Assembly (NCBI GenBank): GCA_040882255.1
Contig: JBBEBP010000017.1
Coordinates: forward strand, 22,870-86,869
DNA from: Pseudohongiellaceae bacterium
GTDB taxonomy: Bacteria > Pseudomonadota > Gammaproteobacteria > Pseudomonadales > Pseudohongiellaceae
Length of the DNA stretch: 64,000 nt
Direction of reading: 5' to 3'
Part shown: positions 1 through 9,500 of the stretch, in pieces
How positions within the stretch are numbered: position 1 is the first letter of the stretch
Layout of the letters: the number at the start of each line of letters is the position of its first letter
The notes under the pieces: generated by a model
The model's input: only the letters and a program-made list of their open reading frames with translations
Database searches by the model: none
Told to the model about the DNA's origin: nothing
Translations under genes and position numbers: made by a program

Positions 1-3000
1 CACTGCTTTGTCCGTCATCCCAGATACCGTAGAACGCTTGTGTCGGCTCTCCCGTCGGGCTGTTGTCGCCCAGCTCCAGATACTTGCCGGTACCGAAATA
101 GACCATGAAGCCCTCGCCACCGTAGGGGTGGCGGGCCACCTGCGGCTGTGTGGTGATGGGCTGTCCAGCCTCGGTCGTGAACAGTGGCAACAGGGTGCCA
201 CCCTGTGAATGGGCCACCTCCCACTGACCGGTGTTATTGCCGCTTACATCGAACTTCCAGAGTTGTCCCTGCAGGTCGCCGGCATAGATGGCGTCGACGG
301 TCTGATCTCCCGTCTCGTCAATCAGTACCGGGGTCGCCAGTCCGTTCGGGGTGGTGGAGCTGCCGCTCTCCGTACTGATTTTCCGGACCAGGTCGCCGGT
401 TTCCAGATCCACGATGAACAGCGATGCGTGCCCCGTGGTGCTGGCCGCTCCGTCTCCCTCCGTGTTGTTGTATCCGTTTCCGAACACGGCCGCCCAACGG
501 CCATTGGCCATCTTTGCGATCTGGGGCCGGCCGTAAGTGTATCCCAGATCCGGGTCGTCGGCGTCGGTGAACTCCCACAGCACGAGCTCATCCGCCCGAT
601 TTTCACTGAAGCGGGACGGGTCCGTGACGTCAAGAGCAAAAACGCCCTGTCCCCCTTTCCCCAGCGCCCCGGCCAGCACGCTGCGCCACGCGCCCGTGCC
701 CGAGCCAACAGGATCGTTTGCTCCCGGTAGATAGGCATCGACGATATTGGTTCCGCCGTCGACGAAGAACCGGTGCGAGTAATCCTCGCGGCTCAATTCG
801 GGAAGTTCACTGAACACCGATCGGGGCACGTAGGCGAGCATCTCGGCACCGGTCTCCTCATTGAATCCATGCAGCATCCCGTCGTTGGCGCCCACATACA
901 CCATAGCCTGACGGTCCTCGTAATGCTGCCGGAACTCGCTGTATGGCTTGGCTGCCAGGTTGTCCGCATAATGGAATCGCGGCGCACCCACATACCGGGG
1001 GTCGGAGTTGACGATATCCCCCAACACCGTATTCCGGTAGCGGAAACCATAGCCACTCACCTCGTTGCTGCGCTCGCCACGCAGATAGTCGGTCAGTGCC
1101 TGGCCGTACGCCTGGTTGGAGGCGATTTCCCCTGCATTCTCCGTATCCTCCGGGAACGGTGAGTACGCAAGCAGTTCACTCACCTGCGCAGGAGACAGTT
1201 CGGTGTCATCATCCGGTGCGTCGTAGTTATCCGGCCAACGGAATGGCACCCCCTCCCCGGCGTTACCCGCGTCCGGGCTCCAGGTGAGAATACTGCGCCC
1301 GCCATGGCTCTGTCCGTTCAGAACATTGGCAGCGTTCCACTCGGGACTGGACTCTATGGAGCCATCCGGATTGATCTGGAAAGCGAGCAGCTGCCCGCTC
1401 CAGTCGCTGCTGTCGAAGCGTGCCTGATAGAGAAAACTCTCGGCACTCAATGTGCCTGAATTACTGGCCACTGACGCGGACGAGCCGGTGCGGTCGGCAA
1501 TCGCCGCGATCGCCTCGCTGATTGCACTCACCACCTGGGACGGGGACTGGGCCGAGACAAACAATCCCCGGCTGTTATAGGCAGCGTGCCAGAGGTCATC
1601 GATTTTCTCCGGGTCACTCGCATAGGGGTTCCCCCAGTCGTCATCTTCTTCCAGTTCGGGGTCAGGCCAACCGTCGTTATTTGTATCTTCCAGTTCGCCC
1701 GATACCCCGAAGGCGACGCCGAAGGTCACCATGTGCTGATGCCTGGCCTGGTCAAAGGTCGTGGTCGGCACCTGATCCGGCAGTGCGCTGAGATCGTTCT
1801 CATAGTAATACCGCGCCACGTCCGCCAGGGTCTGGCTGACACCATCGCCATCAGCGTCACTGATCGAATCGGAAGGCGCATCCCCGCTCCAGTAACCATC
1901 CGTGAACAGGACACTGAAGTGCTGCTGACAGGCGGAAATGATCGGATCGTCATAGCCCAGCCCACCATCGTAATACTGACCGACACGCTCCAGCCCCTGC
2001 CGCAAAGGCGTGCCCAACGCCTGCCATTGATGCTCGCGGAAAGCCTCGATCAGGTTGCTGTTGTGCGATGAGTACTCGTCTGTATTCGCATTCGGGACCG
2101 GTACAAACAACTCATCGTACTCATTGATCAGCCCCAGACCGAAGCGGTAGGACGGAGACGACGTGACCACCTGTGAAATAGCGTCACGTGTCACTGATGA
2201 ACGCTTGCGGTGGTACTCGTACCAGTTGGCGATATTCTGCCGGGTCTCGTCCAGCGTGCGCCCGTACGTATCCGTCTCACTGCCCGATACCGTACTGGTC
2301 TCGACAGTCGTACCAAAGCAGTCCGCAAAGGGCACAGGGGCAGCGGCACTGGTTGTGCTGCAATCCTGGTCCAGTGCCTGTATGTCATCGGCTGACGCTG
2401 TGGTGAACGCCTCCACTGTCAGCTCCGTGCCGCCCACGGTGTGATGGATGCGTGAATCAAACAGGTCCACCCGGCCGTTGCCACCATCCGTGGCACTGGA
2501 CGGTCCGCTGGGAATACTGCCGATATGGCCCTTGTCGTCCAGCGCCACGTCGTAGCGGAAGCCAGTCAAATTTCTTGTCAGGCTATACCCGTCCGTGCCC
2601 GGTTGTGGATTGCTGCGGGCTGCAGTGAAATCTGCATCGGGCATACCGGGCCACGGTTCGTAATCCACCTCCGGGTTGTAGAACAGGAGATTAAAATCGG
2701 AGGACCGGATTCGCCAGTCCCGTTGTTCGGAATCCCCGTTTCTTTCCCGTTCCGGATAAAAACAGCTGTCGTATGCGTTATCGTCGTTCTGAAAATAGTA
2801 GACGAAAGAGCGACGTCCGGCACATTGCCCCGTGGAGGCAAATGACAGCCAGGTACCATCATCGTTGTTGGCAACACCCGCGTCTTCCCAGTAATTCAGG
2901 TAATAGGCGTGTTCCCCCACCATGATTTCCCAGTCCATCGACCCCGAATCGTCCACCATGAAGAACACATTCGGATCCACGCTGACGCCGAGAAACAGCG

Positions 3001-3133
3001 GACCGTTGGCCAGATCGAGCGGGGCGGCCCGGGCGGTCGAGGCGCCCAGCACCAGCACCGCCAACAACCAATAACGTATTACCATCAATGTCTGACGGGT
3101 CAGGTCTGGTGCTGCATTGCTGTTCGCCATCAT
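1..3133 (-). CDS. pilY1: Type IV pilus tip adhesin/biogenesis factor PilY1, C-terminus cut by window edge (>=1044 codons)
   Basis: Absent from the ORF track because it has no stop inside the window. My translation from ATGATG at 3133 (GGAGA 6 nt upstream) reads MMANSNAAPDLTRQTLMVIRYWLLAVLVLGASTARAAPLDLANGPLFLGVSVDPNVFFMVDDSGSMDWEIM, i.e. a signal peptide plus a vWA/MIDAS-like DDSGSMD. Spot translations near 1500 and at 1-130 (GTGKYLELGDNSPTGEPTQAFYGIWDD, a PilY1 C-terminal motif) stay open in the same frame. The track lists no competing minus-strand ORF in this frame. It lies directly downstream of pilX. Confidence 0.85.
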   Translation of the reverse strand, partial: MMANSNAAPDLTRQTLMVIRYWLLAVLVLGASTARAAPLDLANGPLFLGVSVDPNVFFMVDDSGSMDWEIMVGEHAYYLNYWEDAGVANNDDGTWLSFASTGQCAGRRSFVYYFQNDDNAYDSCFYPERERNGDSEQRDWRIRSSDFNLLFYNPEVDYEPWPGMPDADFTAARSNPQPGTDGYSLTRNLTGFRYDVALDDKGHIGSIPSGPSSATDGGNGRVDLFDSRIHHTVGGTELTVEAFTTASADDIQALDQDCSTTSAAAPVPFADCFGTTVETSTVSGSETDTYGRTLDETRQNIANWYEYHRKRSSVTRDAISQVVTSSPSYRFGLGLINEYDELFVPVPNANTDEYSSHNSNLIEAFREHQWQALGTPLRQGLERVGQYYDGGLGYDDPIISACQQHFSVLFTDGYWSGDAPSDSISDADGDGVSQTLADVARYYYENDLSALPDQVPTTTFDQARHQHMVTFGVAFGVSGELEDTNNDGWPDPELEEDDDWGNPYASDPEKIDDLWHAAYNSRGLFVSAQSPSQVVSAISEAIAAIADRTGSSASVASNSGTLSAESFLYQARFDSSDWSGQLLAFQINPDGSIESSPEWNAANVLNGQSHGGRSILTWSPDAGNAGEGVPFRWPDNYDAPDDDTELSPAQVSELLAYSPFPEDTENAGEIASNQAYGQALTDYLRGERSNEVSGYGFRYRNTVLGDIVNSDPRYVGAPRFHYADNLAAKPYSEFRQHYEDRQAMVYVGANDGMLHGFNEETGAEMLAYVPRSVFSELPELSREDYSHRFFVDGGTNIVDAYLPGANDPVGSGTGAWRSVLAGALGKGGQGVFALDVTDPSRFSENRADELVLWEFTDADDPDLGYTYGRPQIAKMANGRWAAVFGNGYNNTEGDGAASTTGHASLFIVDLETGDLVRKISTESGSSTTPNGLATPVLIDETGDQTVDAIYAGDLQGQLWKFDVSGNNTGQWEVAHSQGGTLLPLFTTEAGQPITTQPQVARHPYGGEGFMVYFGTGKYLELGDNSPTGEPTQAFYGIWDDGQSS

Positions 3134-3162
3134 GACATGTCTCCTGCGGTTATCCGGCGTCA

Positions 3163-3729
3163 CTACTCGTAACTCCGGACATAGGTGGACTGCAGTTGCA
3201 CAACCGACGAGGCATTCCGGCCAGTCCCCCGCGCCGTGATTCTGTGGAAGACCCGGCTGCGGTCCTGTGATCCGGTACCCAGTGCCACGGATTCACCTGA
3301 CGTCGCCACCCGGTATTCCTCGATGACAAAACGCGGGTTCTCGGCCAGACCCGGGGCTCCGGGCGCCACCCGGGCGTTGTTCTGCCACCAGGAGGACGTG
3401 TTGCGGGAGGTTTCCCTCCACCAGGGAACAGAGTTGTCGGCATCCGGATCCATTGCCTCACGCACCCAGACGCCGGTCGAGCCGTCATCGCTGGCCGTTG
3501 GCCAGATCGCCTGTCCAGCCAGCCACTGCTCTCCCTCCGTCAAGGCGGACTCCGCTGCCTGAAAGGCTGCGCTGTAGTCCTGCATATTCCCGGCCATCCG
3601 CTCTTCCAGAATCGTCGACTCCATACTGCTGACTCCCATCAACGTCAGCACCAGCAGAAAGACCAGACAGAAGATCAGCACCGCACCACGCTGCCGCCCC
3701 GGGTTGCCTGACATGACTACGCACTTCAT
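3163..3729 (-). CDS. pilX: Type IV pilus minor pilin/assembly protein PilX
   Basis: N-terminus QRGAVLIFCLVFLLVLTLMGVSSMESTILEERMAGN matches the PilX_N pattern. 4-nt overlap with pilW, and positioned between pilW and pilY1. Confidence 0.85.
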   Translation of the reverse strand: MKCVVMSGNPGRQRGAVLIFCLVFLLVLTLMGVSSMESTILEERMAGNMQDYSAAFQAAESALTEGEQWLAGQAIWPTASDDGSTGVWVREAMDPDADNSVPWWRETSRNTSSWWQNNARVAPGAPGLAENPRFVIEEYRVATSGESVALGTGSQDRSRVFHRITARGTGRNASSVVQLQSTYVRSYE

Positions 3730-4901
3730 CGCCCCACCGCCCGGTTTCGCAATGTAATGGTGGAAGTGAACACGCGCCGATAACGCTGATCCCCGGGCAG
3801 TGCCCCGTTCCCGGCCGCCCCGTCGTAGACCACACCATTGAACCGGTAGGGCTGCGACGCAGCAGCCAGATTATCTTCAATGGACTGCACGAGCACGCTG
3901 ATCCGCACCGAGATGACCCGGCCCCAATCCGGGACCTGGTCTGCCGTCACCCAGGCATCGACGCTCTGCCGGCTGTCGTTGTCGGTATTCAGACCGTACA
4001 GGATCTGGATACTCTCAATGCCTTCCACGAGCTCCTCCGGAGTACCCAGACCGGCCTGGTCATTGAGTTGACGCCGGAAGAGCGCAGGCGGATTGCTCGC
4101 ATCCCCGCCGCGTTTGCCGACATAGAACATCGTCCCCTGCAGCTTGACCAGCTGTCCGCCCGCAGTAGAACCCAATCCCTGCGACACATCATTGCCGGGT
4201 TCACAGCCGGCCGACAACACGGAGTTGATGCTCGCTCCACCCTGGATTTCCTGCACATTACAGGCCTGCGCCCAGTCTGCTCTTTCGCAGTCACTGAGCA
4301 GCAGAATATCGCCATCCTGCAGATCGGTGATGGTGGAATTCACCACCGTCGCCGCGCCGCCCGAAACACTGTTTATCGTCGCGCCGCCACCGGATGTATT
4401 CCAGGCCCTGACAATGTCACTGCCCGGCATGGCATCCATGGTGTCCAGCACATTGCCACCGGAGCTTGACCAGTTCCCGGAAGTGGTGCTTTCCAGCCCC
4501 CTGTTATCTGTGCTATTGAAAATGTCACCTGGCGCCGTTCCATTGCCGTGATCCGATTCCCAACCTTGTATTCCCATGTCCGGCTGAAACGAGGAAGGAA
4601 CCTCATCCGAATTCAGGGTGTTATTGATATTCTCCGGCTCAATCGCGCTCAGGCATCCGAGGTAGCCAGCCATCCTAAGTTCCCGGGAAAGAAAGTGAAT
4701 GGCGAAACGGCCATTCTCCTGCATACGCATATGCGCTTCCTGATCGCGTTGCGTCTGATTGTTACCGACGTAGACCTGGCTTACGCCTGCCGCCAGTGTG
4801 AGTCCCAGCACCATGGCAATCAGAAGCTCTACCAGGCTCAGCCCGGCGCAGCCTCGTCCCATCTTCAGTGTCTGCGATTGCATGTTCCGTATCCCCGTCA
4901 T
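3726..4901 (-). CDS. pilW: Type IV pilus minor pilin PilW
   Basis: Prepilin-type N-terminus GLSLVELLIAMVLGLTLAAGV. The ORF is open to 4958, but the ATG at 4901 forms an ATGA overlap with the pilV stop. ATG 4883 or a later Met is also possible. Confidence 0.85.
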   Translation of the reverse strand: MTGIRNMQSQTLKMGRGCAGLSLVELLIAMVLGLTLAAGVSQVYVGNNQTQRDQEAHMRMQENGRFAIHFLSRELRMAGYLGCLSAIEPENINNTLNSDEVPSSFQPDMGIQGWESDHGNGTAPGDIFNSTDNRGLESTTSGNWSSSGGNVLDTMDAMPGSDIVRAWNTSGGGATINSVSGGAATVVNSTITDLQDGDILLLSDCERADWAQACNVQEIQGGASINSVLSAGCEPGNDVSQGLGSTAGGQLVKLQGTMFYVGKRGGDASNPPALFRRQLNDQAGLGTPEELVEGIESIQILYGLNTDNDSRQSVDAWVTADQVPDWGRVISVRISVLVQSIEDNLAAASQPYRFNGVVYDGAAGNGALPGDQRYRRVFTSTITLRNRAVGR

Positions 4902-5416
4902 GGCTGGAATGTTGCCACAAGCCGCTGGCCGGCCGTGCCGTCCCGGTCGCCATCCCACCAGACCTTGACGGCCAGCAGGTCACCGCTGCCGTCACAGGCC
5001 GGAGAAGCCACCGTCCCGTCGTCCGGCGTTGAATCCGTGCAGATCCGCCCGCTGCCGGAGGGTAAGGCGATGGCCAGATCCGCTTGCCAGTCGGCCACGT
5101 CATGCAGTGCCATGGCATTGCCGGAACAACCGCTGGTTGTCAGACAGGCAGCCGTCAGGGTACCGGAGGCAGCCATGTACCCTCCGCTGTCGACTCCCTG
5201 CGGGTTGGCTCTCATCCGTTCGACCATGTCCTCGGCAAAAACCATCGCCTGGGTCCGCAGATAGGCGTTCTGGGTATTGCGCAGGCTGGTGGTCTGCAGG
5301 CCCACCATACCCAACAGGCCGATCGACAGGATCAACAGGGCCACCAGCACCTCGATCAGGGAGGCGCCTGCCTGCTGCCGATACTGTCCTTGCGTCAAAC
5401 GTCTCACGAGCCACAC
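4898..5416 (-). CDS. pilV: Type IV pilus modification protein/minor pilin PilV
   Basis: N-terminus GASLIEVLVALLILSIGLLGMVGLQ is a class III signal/methylation motif. The position matches the canonical fimU-pilVWXY1 order. Confidence 0.88.
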   Translation of the reverse strand: MWLVRRLTQGQYRQQAGASLIEVLVALLILSIGLLGMVGLQTTSLRNTQNAYLRTQAMVFAEDMVERMRANPQGVDSGGYMAASGTLTAACLTTSGCSGNAMALHDVADWQADLAIALPSGSGRICTDSTPDDGTVASPACDGSGDLLAVKVWWDGDRDGTAGQRLVATFQP

Positions 5417-5931
5417 CCCAGGCCATCCCGTACCCTGGACGCGCGCCCGGTTGGAGAGATGGCGATACCCTGCGCATTGTCGGCGTCATTGTCCGCCGGA
5501 CAGACCACGAACTGCCGTGAAGCATCCGTACTTCTGCTGAACCCCATGCCGTCGTAGGCCAACACATCGTCACCGGCGTCGAAAGTGACCGTACTGCCAC
5601 TGCCGGGACCTTCGTACACCCGCAGTACTTCGTCCGCGCCACCATTACCGTCCGCCATCACCAACCAGCCGTCACTCCAGCTGTCGGCGTCACAACTGCT
5701 GCCATTGCTACTGGCGCAGAGTGTCACCGGGATGTTACGGCGTATGGCCTCGCTGCGGGTATAGTTGATGGCGGTGAGCAGCGTCCGGGTCTGGCTGTTG
5801 ACCACGGTCCGGCTGATGACATTCTGGAACGCGGGCGCGCTGACCGCCAGCAGAATACCGGCAATGGTGGCCACGATCATCAGTTCAATGATCGTGAATC
5901 CGGCCTGTTGCGTGATGCTGCCGCTATTCAT
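5404..5931 (-). CDS. fimU: GspH/FimT/FimU-family minor pilin
   Basis: MNSGSITQQAGFTIIELMIVATIAGILLAV prepilin motif. First gene of the minor-pilin operon. The ORF is open to 5958, but Met at 5931 gives a normal short leader. Confidence 0.8.
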   Translation of the reverse strand: MNSGSITQQAGFTIIELMIVATIAGILLAVSAPAFQNVISRTVVNSQTRTLLTAINYTRSEAIRRNIPVTLCASSNGSSCDADSWSDGWLVMADGNGGADEVLRVYEGPGSGSTVTFDAGDDVLAYDGMGFSRSTDASRQFVVCPADNDADNAQGIAISPTGRASRVRDGLGCGS

Positions 5932-6216
5932 CCGTCTCTGTACCCCGACACCCCGCAATCAGGTCGTGACGCGTGAGTGTCCCGCAATCTGCCTGTTTTT
6001 TGACGCTTCCCTGTCATGGTAACACCCGAGCTGTCCCGCAGGGCGTGTTTGCCGAGCATACCGCCGTATACCCGGTAAAAGCTGTGATGAAGTTGGAAAA
6101 TGCAGCGAAATGGCTGTGAACAGTATCACAGGACTGGAGCCCGGCTTCCGCTTTTTCTATAATGTCGCCTTTTGGCGGCATCCCGCTTCCGGAACGCCCC
6201 ATAGCAAGGCGACATC

Positions 6217-6975
6217 ATGCTCTACGACCCCCTGTTACTGGTTGGTCTGGCCGCCATCGGTTTCGTGGCCGGCTGGATCAATACACTGGCCGGCGGCGGT
6301 TCCAACCTGACCCTGCCCATGCTGATGCTGCTCGGCCTGCCGCCGGATGTGGCCAACGGCACCAACCGCGTCGCCGTGTTCCTGCAATGCATGGTGGGCG
6401 TTCGCGGCTTCAACCACTACGGCAAACTGGATACCGGCGCCATTCTGCCAATCCTGGTCCCCACACTGCTGGGGGGAGCAATCGGCGCGCTCGTCGCTGC
6501 ACTGCTGCCCAACGTGACGCTGAAACCACTGTTGCTGGGCACTGTCATCACCATGTCTGTGATCATACTGATCCGGCCGGGCTTCATCACACCGCCGCCC
6601 GGAACCCCCGTCGTATCAGTCAGTGATAGCCGCATGGGCTGGTGGATGCTGTTTCTTGCCGGCATCTACGGGGGGTTTGTCCAGGCCAGCGTGGGTTTCA
6701 TTCTGTTGGCCGCTCTTGCCGGCGTGTTGCGCTACGACCTGGTGCGCGCCAATGCACTGAAGTTGACCTGCACGCTGGCCTTCACTGCCGTTTCCCTGGT
6801 TATTTTCATCGCTTTCGGCCAGGTGGCCTGGGTGCCGGGTCTGGTGCTGGCCATCGGCACCATGGGCGGCGCCTACCTGAGTGTGCGTTTTGCCATTGAA
6901 GTGAGCCAGACCACCATCAAGTGGTTCCTGTTCCTGATGACAATCTGTGCCAGCGTCGCCGCCATGGTGTTTTGA
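6217..6975 (+). CDS. TSUP (TauE/SafE, DUF81) family membrane anion exporter
   Basis: 252 aa polytopic membrane protein. GWINTLAGGGSNLTLPMLMLLGLPPDVANGTNRV is the typical DUF81 N-terminal repeat. Confidence 0.8.
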   Translation: MLYDPLLLVGLAAIGFVAGWINTLAGGGSNLTLPMLMLLGLPPDVANGTNRVAVFLQCMVGVRGFNHYGKLDTGAILPILVPTLLGGAIGALVAALLPNVTLKPLLLGTVITMSVIILIRPGFITPPPGTPVVSVSDSRMGWWMLFLAGIYGGFVQASVGFILLAALAGVLRYDLVRANALKLTCTLAFTAVSLVIFIAFGQVAWVPGLVLAIGTMGGAYLSVRFAIEVSQTTIKWFLFLMTICASVAAMVF

Positions 6976-7005
6976 GCTGACACTCAGCGACTTTCCTATC
7001 CCGGG

Positions 7006-8418
7006 TCATGCCGCAGAGCCCGCACTGGCGAACACCAGTTCTATGCGAGCGCCACCCAGTTCACTGTCATCCACGTCGATCTGTCCCCCGTAACTGGCGA
7101 CGATATCTGCCACCACGGCCAGTCCGATGCCCTGTCCCCTGGGCAGCGTATCCAGCCGGGCGCCTCGGCTCAGGACCCGGTTGCGGTTTCCGGTCGGGAT
7201 GCCGGGGCCGTTGTCCTCTATCACGATGCACAGCGGATGCCCGGGCGAGTCGCTCCGCCTGGCCGTCACATGGACCTCGCCGGCCCCGTACTTGCAGGCG
7301 TTGTCCATGACATTGCCCACCACTTCCATCAGATCCCGCTCGTCTCCCGGAAAGCGCACCTCGTGATCCAGTGAACACTGGATACGGACACCCTGCCCGG
7401 CGTAGACTTTCTCCAGTGCCGAGGTGACACGTCTCACCACGTCCGATACATTCACGCGGCGGGCCAACAGGGCCGTTCCCTGTTCACTGCGCACGGCCCG
7501 CTGCAGCTGGTAGCGTACGATCTGGTTCATGCGCTCCACCTGCTCGTCCATGGACATCAGCTGCTCCTGCGTGGCGACGCCGTCCTCTCCGTCCTGCTGC
7601 AACTGATCCAGGCCCGCACGCAGCACGGCCAGGGGCGTCTTCAGACTGTGCGCGAGATCGCCCAGTGTCGTGCGATAACGGGCCTGCTGCTTGCGTTCGG
7701 CGCTGATCAGCACATTGAAATTATCGGTCACCGCTTCCAGTTCCTGAGGATAGTCGCCGGACAGCGCCTCGCTGTCACCGCTCTCGATTCCCTTGATATC
7801 CCACGCCAGGCGGCGCAGCGGCGCCAGTCCCCAGCGCAGCAGCAGCAGTTGAGCCACCAGCAGCACCAGCGCCGCCCCACCCAGCCATGACCACAGACTG
7901 GCCCGGAAGCTGTTTACTTCAGCCAGGTAGGTGTCCGTGGACTCGAACACGGAGAACACGAACGGCGTGCTGCGGTTCTCCCACATCACCGTGTAATGGG
8001 ACACGAAGAACGGCTGCCCGTCATCCAGGGTCAATTGCCGGAAGCGGAATTCACCGCGTTGCAGGTCGTCGGGCACCACATCTGCCGGCAGGCGTTGATC
8101 CAGCGCGGACGCTGTTCTCAACACCTCACCGTCGCGATCAGTCACCAGGCCGTACAATCCGGAATTCAGTTGCGCAAAGCGCGGCTCGCGAATACCGGCA
8201 CCCAGATAAAAACGGCCTTGCTCTTCCTCAAAGGCGGCCAGCAACACGTAGATCTGCACCTGCAACTGTTCCGCTACGCCGGCTTCCACGCTATCACGGA
8301 ACGCGCGATCAAGGACCACTCCCGTCAGCCCGAGAAACAGGGCCAGGGTCAGCGTGAAGGCCAGCAGAAAACGGTGCTGCAGGGAATAGCGGCGGGATAC
8401 ACGGACCGGACCCGACAT
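7006..8418 (-). CDS. phoQ: PhoQ-like sensor histidine kinase
   Basis: H-box LGDLAHSLKTPLAVL, N-box DNACKYG, G-boxes DNGPGIP and GQGIGLAV. Two TM segments flank a periplasmic domain. The region around the H-box resembles my memory of Pseudomonas PhoQ. Start taken at ATG 8418, 4 nt after the phoP stop. The ORF is open to 8457. Confidence 0.8.
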   Translation of the reverse strand: MSGPVRVSRRYSLQHRFLLAFTLTLALFLGLTGVVLDRAFRDSVEAGVAEQLQVQIYVLLAAFEEEQGRFYLGAGIREPRFAQLNSGLYGLVTDRDGEVLRTASALDQRLPADVVPDDLQRGEFRFRQLTLDDGQPFFVSHYTVMWENRSTPFVFSVFESTDTYLAEVNSFRASLWSWLGGAALVLLVAQLLLLRWGLAPLRRLAWDIKGIESGDSEALSGDYPQELEAVTDNFNVLISAERKQQARYRTTLGDLAHSLKTPLAVLRAGLDQLQQDGEDGVATQEQLMSMDEQVERMNQIVRYQLQRAVRSEQGTALLARRVNVSDVVRRVTSALEKVYAGQGVRIQCSLDHEVRFPGDERDLMEVVGNVMDNACKYGAGEVHVTARRSDSPGHPLCIVIEDNGPGIPTGNRNRVLSRGARLDTLPRGQGIGLAVVADIVASYGGQIDVDDSELGGARIELVFASAGSAA

Positions 8419-8422
8419 GGGC

Positions 8423-9097
8423 TCAGCCCACCCGCCGCAGACGATAGCCCTGCCCACGAACAGTCTCGATCGGCTTCAACTGCTGATCCGGATCCAGTTT
8501 CTGGCGGAGCCGGCGCACAAACACTTCCAGCACGTTGCTGTCGCGATCGTGATCCTGCGCGTACAGGTGTTCGGTCAGTTCGGCCTTGGAGACCACCTGG
8601 TCAGGATGCATCATCAGATACTCCAGGACCCGGTATTCATAGGCTGTCAGTTCCACCAGCTCGTCGTGGACAGTCAGGCGCTTGCGGCCGGTATCCAGGC
8701 TCAATGGCCCGATCTCTATCCTGGGACTCGAAAAGCCGGCGGCCCGGCGCAGCAGCGCATTGAGCCTCGCCACGATTTCCGGCAGGTGAAAAGGCTTCAC
8801 CACGTAGTCATCGGCACCGGCATCCAGACCGCCCACCTTGTCCTGCCAGTCATCACGGGCCGTCAGAATCAGTATGGGGACGTTCACTCCGCCTTCGCGG
8901 ATGCGCCGGATCAAGGTCAGCCCGTCCATTTCAGGCAGTCCCAGATCGATGATCGCAGCGTCGTACTCGAATTCGGTGGCGTGATACAGACCCGTCCGGC
9001 CGTCGGCGGCATCGTCCACGATGTAGCCTTCGCGGATCAGCCCCTGCACCAGACTCTGGCGCAGCAGCTCCTCATCCTCTACAACCAGCAGACGCAT
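8423..9097 (-). CDS. phoP: OmpR/PhoB-family response regulator (PhoP-like)
   Basis: Receiver domain MRLLVVEDEELL...DLGLPEMDG followed by a winged-helix C-terminus (LTAYEYRVLEYLMMHP...RGQGYRL). Located directly upstream of the kinase. Confidence 0.85.
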   Translation of the reverse strand: MRLLVVEDEELLRQSLVQGLIREGYIVDDAADGRTGLYHATEFEYDAAIIDLGLPEMDGLTLIRRIREGGVNVPILILTARDDWQDKVGGLDAGADDYVVKPFHLPEIVARLNALLRRAAGFSSPRIEIGPLSLDTGRKRLTVHDELVELTAYEYRVLEYLMMHPDQVVSKAELTEHLYAQDHDRDSNVLEVFVRRLRQKLDPDQQLKPIETVRGQGYRLRRVG

Positions 9098-9124
9098 GAT
9101 GGACGACCTCCCTGCAGTCTCCGG

Positions 9125-9478
9125 CTACTCGCGGCTGACACGCCCGGTTGCCTGGTCCACGTAGACAGTGAAAACGTTTCCCTCGTTATCAAGCCGCACC
9201 CGGTAACGCGCGCGCTCCCCGTCAGTGACCTCGGAAATACTGATCACTTCACCGGGAAACCGGTGTCGCACCCGATCCAGGGCCTGCTTCCGGGTGACCG
9301 GCCCGGGCTCTTCTGCCTCCAGGATGGCCGTATCGGTTTCCGGTCCGTCCGCCGGCTGGGCCCGGACTACACCAGACCCGGCAAGCGCGGCCAGCACCAG
9401 CAGGATCACCATGGCACCCGCCAGAGAAATGCCGCCCGGCCAGAGTAGTCCGAGCCACCTCTTCACTGCTGCGTTCAA
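9125..9478 (-). CDS. PepSY domain-containing periplasmic/membrane-anchored protein
   Basis: N-terminal TM segment, then QALDRVRHRFPGEVISISEVTDGERARYRVRLDNEGNVFTVYVDQATGRV, a PepSY-type fold signature. Confidence 0.7.
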   Translation of the reverse strand: MNAAVKRWLGLLWPGGISLAGAMVILLVLAALAGSGVVRAQPADGPETDTAILEAEEPGPVTRKQALDRVRHRFPGEVISISEVTDGERARYRVRLDNEGNVFTVYVDQATGRVSRE

Positions 9479-9500
9479 GTCCGCTCTCCACTGTCAGGGG

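Noticed and set aside
209-2845. Plus- and minus-strand ORFs of 60-173 aa across 1-3130 (e.g. 209..730, 773..1162, 1586..2071, 2525..2845)
   Set aside because: All lie inside or antisense to the continuous pilY1 reading frame. They have Arg/Pro/Gly-rich low-complexity translations typical of wrong frames in high-GC DNA.
6164-6213. Leader hairpin GTCGCCTT...AAGGCGAC that could sequester the weak SD of the TSUP transporter gene, with a TATAAT at 6158-6163; considered as a riboswitch
   Set aside because: It is only an 8-bp closing stem with no resemblance to any riboswitch consensus I know. The evidence is insufficient for more than a possible attenuating structure.
8417-9448. 343-aa plus-strand ORF antisense to phoP/PepSY, and similar long antisense ORFs: 18344..19363, 25575..26492, 30230..31120, 34378..35625, 44333..45091, 48002..49522, 50584..51999, 61161..62150
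   Set aside because: Each is a shadow of a confidently identified gene on the other strand. They have no recognisable motifs and a biased Arg/Gly/His/Pro composition. High GC suppresses stop codons in non-coding frames.
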